Source: Selaginella moellendorffii (Eukaryota; Plantae; Lycopodiophyta). From it: DNA of 64,000 nt. Below the pieces are notes generated by a model that saw only the letters and a list, made by a program, of their open reading frames with translations, was not told the DNA's origin and searched no databases. Every line of letters starts with the position of its first letter. The stretch's first letter is position 1. The DNA lies in NCBI RefSeq assembly GCF_000143415.4, contig NW_003314328.1, positions 461,889-525,888 on the forward strand, written 5' to 3'. A program made the position numbers and the translations under genes. This document shows positions 59,760 to 64,000 of the stretch, in pieces.

Positions 59760-62700
59760 CTCTGTGTTGGTTGATACAGGTTTGAGTTTATCTTCTATTG
59801 CTCGACCTGCTGCCACACGTTACTGTCTACACTTGTGTCATGCGGTGAAACCAGATTTCATTCTTTATGGCAATGGCCGTACACATGCATATGCATGGGA
59901 AGAGGCGGACCTGGTTGTATGTGTGGGTGATCTCGAGCTTGGGTTGCAGTCATTGCAAGTGGTGCCAAGTCAAGCTTTTGATCTCATCCTTAGTATGGAT
60001 TGATTGCAGCGCAATCATGCTAAGTGTGACTTTGAAGCTTCTCCCCCTTATCTCATACTTTCTTATATTTCATCCATTCCTCTCATTTTTGTACCTCTTC
60101 ATCCCTTTATATTTACCTTTGTTTCCATTACTTTTGTCCCCCCACTATTTCCTCCTATGTTTCCATCTTATTCTACTTTTCCCTTTTCCAATCCCTCCGA
60201 CAATATTTGTGTTGCAGCGATTGACTAACTTATGAAGGAATATTTTGATCTCTTTGAATTTGACTTATCATTTAAGGCCAAGATTGCCACACATCATCCA
60301 ATTCTAACTGGGGATGCTCGTTTAATCAAGGTTCCTATTTGTCATCGATCACCTAAAGAAATCAAGATTTTACGTGTAAATGTCAAATAGATGTTGAAGA
60401 AGGGTGTTATTTAGAAGTCACAAAGTTCTTGGGCATGTGAACCTCATCTTGTGATGAAGTTTTATGGGAATATTTGTTTCTGCATCAACTATCATCCATT
60501 AAATGAAGTGATGATTTTGGATGTGTACCCTCTTCCTCACACTGCTAATCTCTTGGATCGTCCAGGGCAAAGTCGTCGGTTCACCAAGCTAGATATTGCT
60601 TCTGGGTACTGGCAAGTACCAATGGCTAAAGAAGATATTCCTAAAACTGTTTTTCGTACACCATTTAGTTTGTACGAGTTCTTATTGATGCTGTTTGGTT
60701 TGAACAATGCTCCAGCAACTTTCTAGTGGATGATAGACAAAATTCTTTATGATATGCTAAAGATGACTACTAACTTCATTGATGATGTCTTGATCCACTA
60801 AGAGGGGACATGGGAGGAGCACATTCATGATATTTGTAAAGTGTTGGATTGGCTACGAGACATTAATTTAAAGCTGAAGCGGTCGAAATGCATGTTTGGG
60901 TCCAAGGACACAACTTATCTTGGGTATCGTATTTTTCATGAGAGTTTGCAAGTTGATCCTAACAAACTTGTGGTTGTTCTAAAGTTCCCTACTCTAAAGT
61001 GTGTGAATTATATGCAACTCTTCCTGGGCAAAATGTAGTATGTCAGTCGTTTTGTGGATCATTTTTCTGATTGCACTGCACCATTATGAGTGTTGTTGAA
61101 GTCATCAATGCCATCTTTCATTTGGTCTCCAGATTGTGAGCGGGTGTTCGTAGATCTCAAAGAGGTATTGACGACTCCTCTAGTTTTGGTATATCCTGAC
61201 TATACTCGACATTTTATTTTGTGCATGGATGCTTCTGATATTGGTCTTGGAGGTGTGTTGGTGCAAGAGGGCTTCAGTGTGCCTGGTTAGTGCCATCCCA
61301 TTGCATATATAAGCTGTACATTGCAACGAGCGGAGATGAACTACTCCACAATAGAGAATGAGTGTTTAGCAATAGTTTGGGGTTTTGAGAAACTTCATGC
61401 ATATCTACATAGTTCTTGGATGTTACTTGAAGGTGATCATGTTGTTGTTACTTCATTATTGAAGCGAAAGAACTTAGTTAGCTGTAGTATTCAGTGAGCT
61501 TTGAAACTTTAGATATATGATTTTGATGTTGTTCATCGCCCAGGGAGTTCTATAGCTAATGTTAATTCCTTTTCTCAAACTCCTCTTCTTTCTCCATTCT
61601 CTTCTCATGTTTTTAACAAGCTTGTTGTTCTGGCATCTATGGATTTTTTAGACAAGGATTCTGTGCTATTGGTAGTTGATGTACTTAACATTCAGTGTCC
61701 ACAAGGTGCAAAGCAAGATTTACCTTCTCTTAATGAGGTTCGCGAGGCTCTAAAGCTTGAGCTATAGATTCAAAGGCTTTGAGATGGGTTTGAGAATCCT
61801 GCATCACTAGCTAATAACTTGCCATTCCAGCATTTACATTCTTAATATTACCTTGACGATGACCTTCTTTATTTTGTGGGGACGGATCTTGATGATTATT
61901 TATAGCTAGTGGTGCCTTCTGTCTTTATTCCACGGTTTCTCCATGCCTACCATGATTCTCCTATTCTAGGTGGGTATATGGGATATTGTCGTGTAACTAA
62001 GAAGTTGCATATGTCTTTCTATTGGCCGGAGATGTGATTTGATATTATCCAGTATGTGCGTAGCTATGTTTGGTGTCAAGATTGTAATACTCCCCCTTGT
62101 GCCACAAAAGGACGGTTGGAGTCAATTTTAGTTTCCCATCCATTTGAGTTGGTGGCGTTTGATTTTATAGGACTTTTTCCATGGTTGACTGCTGGCAATG
62201 AGTATGTTATTATTGTTTCTAATTATATGACTCATTGGGTGGAAGTTGGTGCTCTTGCTAGCTTCTCTGCAACTGCTGTTAGATACTTTCTCCTCAATTA
62301 AATGGTATTCCAACATTCTTGTCAAAAGTGAATTCTTTCTAATAATGGTCCCACATTTATGGCTAAGGCATTTCATGTTTTGACATCTCGGTTGGGGATA
62401 CGTCACACTTTTATGAGTGCTTATCATCCACAATTAGACGGTCTAGTGGAACGGCTCATACGAACATTCAAAGGGATGATCGCGAAGTATGTGAACTTTC
62501 AGCATTCGGATTAAGATGGTTATTTGCCATCTCTTCAATATGCATATATCACAGGGGTGTAGAGTTTTGTTAGTGCTTCACTATATAAACTCCTATATGG
62601 TCATAATCCAATATTACTAATGGAGCTGGGTTTACCTTCGCAATTGTTACGAGCTGCTGATGCTAAGTCATGGGATTGGTATTTGACGAGCATTCTTCCA

Positions 62701-63097
62701 CTTGTTCAAGCAAAATCTACTAAACACTTAGGTTACGTACAAGTGGGATAACAATAGCACTACAACTCCCATCATTATCCACCTATGGAGTATAAAGTGG
62801 ATGACTTAGTGTTGGTCCATTTTCCCCATTTTACGATATATAGTTTTTTTAAATAGCTCCATGCTCAGTAGAAAAGACCATATCAAGTGTTGCAGCAAGT
62901 TGGACCACAAGTTTATGAGGTTCAGCATGTCCAAAGATTATGCATGTGCAACAATTGAAACACTTCATATAAAAGGATTAAGAGCAGTTAATACCACCTA
63001 TAGATCTGCCAATGCCTCCTTTTAACATTCCTCTAGATCTCGGCCCATCTACAAGAGAACCCTGATGGTCTTCCATTATTCCGAGAGGAGGGGATGA
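59760..63097 (+). mobile_element. Heavily degenerate Ty3/Gypsy pol (PR, RT, RH, INT) with PPT ~63083-63097
   Basis: LVDTG, YPLP..LDIASGYWQV..GLNNAPATF, DASDIGLGGVL, FDFIG..HWVE, YHPQ.DGLVER. Many stops. Confidence 0.88.
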
Positions 63098-63532
63098 TGT
63101 GAGGGTCAAGTGTATGGCTATGATACCATATACTAATATTAGTGTAGTGAGATTTTGATAGTTGTCAAATTGGTTTCAATCTGGACCACTTGCTCCTATG
63201 TATAAACTAGGCTTTTTGGGCTAATTGATATACATATTTTCTATATTCCCTTCATATATTCCAAGCACTTACAAAGTGATTTAACCAATCCAAAATTTCA
63301 CCATGCACACAAAGTGTTAAAGCCAATCTACTTATATAGCCCAAATTAAAAGATCAATAGATGGACAATATCAAGGTAAAAAAAAAAATATTTTAGACAA
63401 AATTATCAGTAAATAAATCTTTCATTAGAATACAAAAGTATTCAAGTTATCATCTAGTAAATTAGGATTATAGAAACTATCAAGATTAACTATCATCAAT
63501 GAAACATAATGATAAAACTTAACCACCAAATA

Positions 63533-64000
63533 TTATAAATAGTATGCCAAATAACTTATGATCATAACACTCACTTGCTCTTCTAGCATCTCAGACTCAA
63601 GGCATTGCAAGAGATACAGCACAGCCCCCTCAAACACCTTAACGATCACACAAAGATCAAAAGAGACAAAGAGAAAGATCACTGCTGCTCTTGGACCCCA
63701 GAGGGCCAGAGAGGTTCGACCCACCACCACCTGTTCCTGGAGGAGTTCCACGAGCGTGGGGACGAGCTGGAGAGCCTCGAGCTCTGGCAAATGGAGCTTG
63801 AGCAAGTAGAGAAGAACCACTGCCTGTGGAATCCTGCCTTGTTGGAGAATCTTGCTCACCCATCTGAGACCTGGGTCATAGTCTACTATCCCCCACCAAA
63901 CAGCCTCGTTGTTGTGGACGAACTCTGTCAGCAGGCACACCGCTGTTCTTTGCATTTGCAGGGACTTGGACATAACCATGAACTCCATCATGACATCGAT
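63533..64000 (-). pseudogene. ARM-like fragment resembling plant E3 ligase LIN; runs off window
   Basis: AV.LL.E....EAV.., AVVLLYLLK, PRAA.I.L, L.CLES..LEEQ recalled from LIN-type proteins. Ends abruptly in AT-rich DNA. Confidence 0.4.

Noticed and set aside
58316-63300. One intact plus-strand Gypsy from the 58.3-kb LTR to 63.1 kb
   Set aside because: The sequence after the PPT (~63098) does not match the 58.3-59.6 kb LTR and no gag is evident; probably two juxtaposed relics.

Overview
Plant nuclear DNA. The very short introns, tight gene packing and PLS-PPR genes are most consistent with a lycophyte such as Selaginella (inference, not verified). Bases 1 to ~26,600 are gene-dense: two tandem GH17/X8 beta-1,3-glucanases, two PLS-class PPR genes, solanesyl-diphosphate synthase, a PLDrp1/At5g39570-like Gly/Tyr/Glu repeat protein, succinyl-CoA ligase beta, a RAN1-type Cu-ATPase with two decayed tandem copies, a type I MADS-box gene and a CYP71-clan P450. 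Bases ~26,600-63,500 are a nest of transposons: a solo LTR, two TRIMs, a Tat-like Gypsy with an extra RNase H, a near-intact chromovirus Gypsy with an intact hAT inside its 3' LTR, and degenerate Gypsy relics. The most striking object is the chromovirus (47548-57684, minus strand). Its integrase is interrupted by two short GT-AG introns whose removal restores conserved motifs. A candidate leader intron would excise its primer-binding site. Its 3' UTR carries a covarying RNA structure and tRNA T-arm-like hairpins shared with a related element. Together these suggest an intron-retaining LTR retrotransposon that separates mRNA from genomic RNA by splicing. All calls are by eye; no searches were run.
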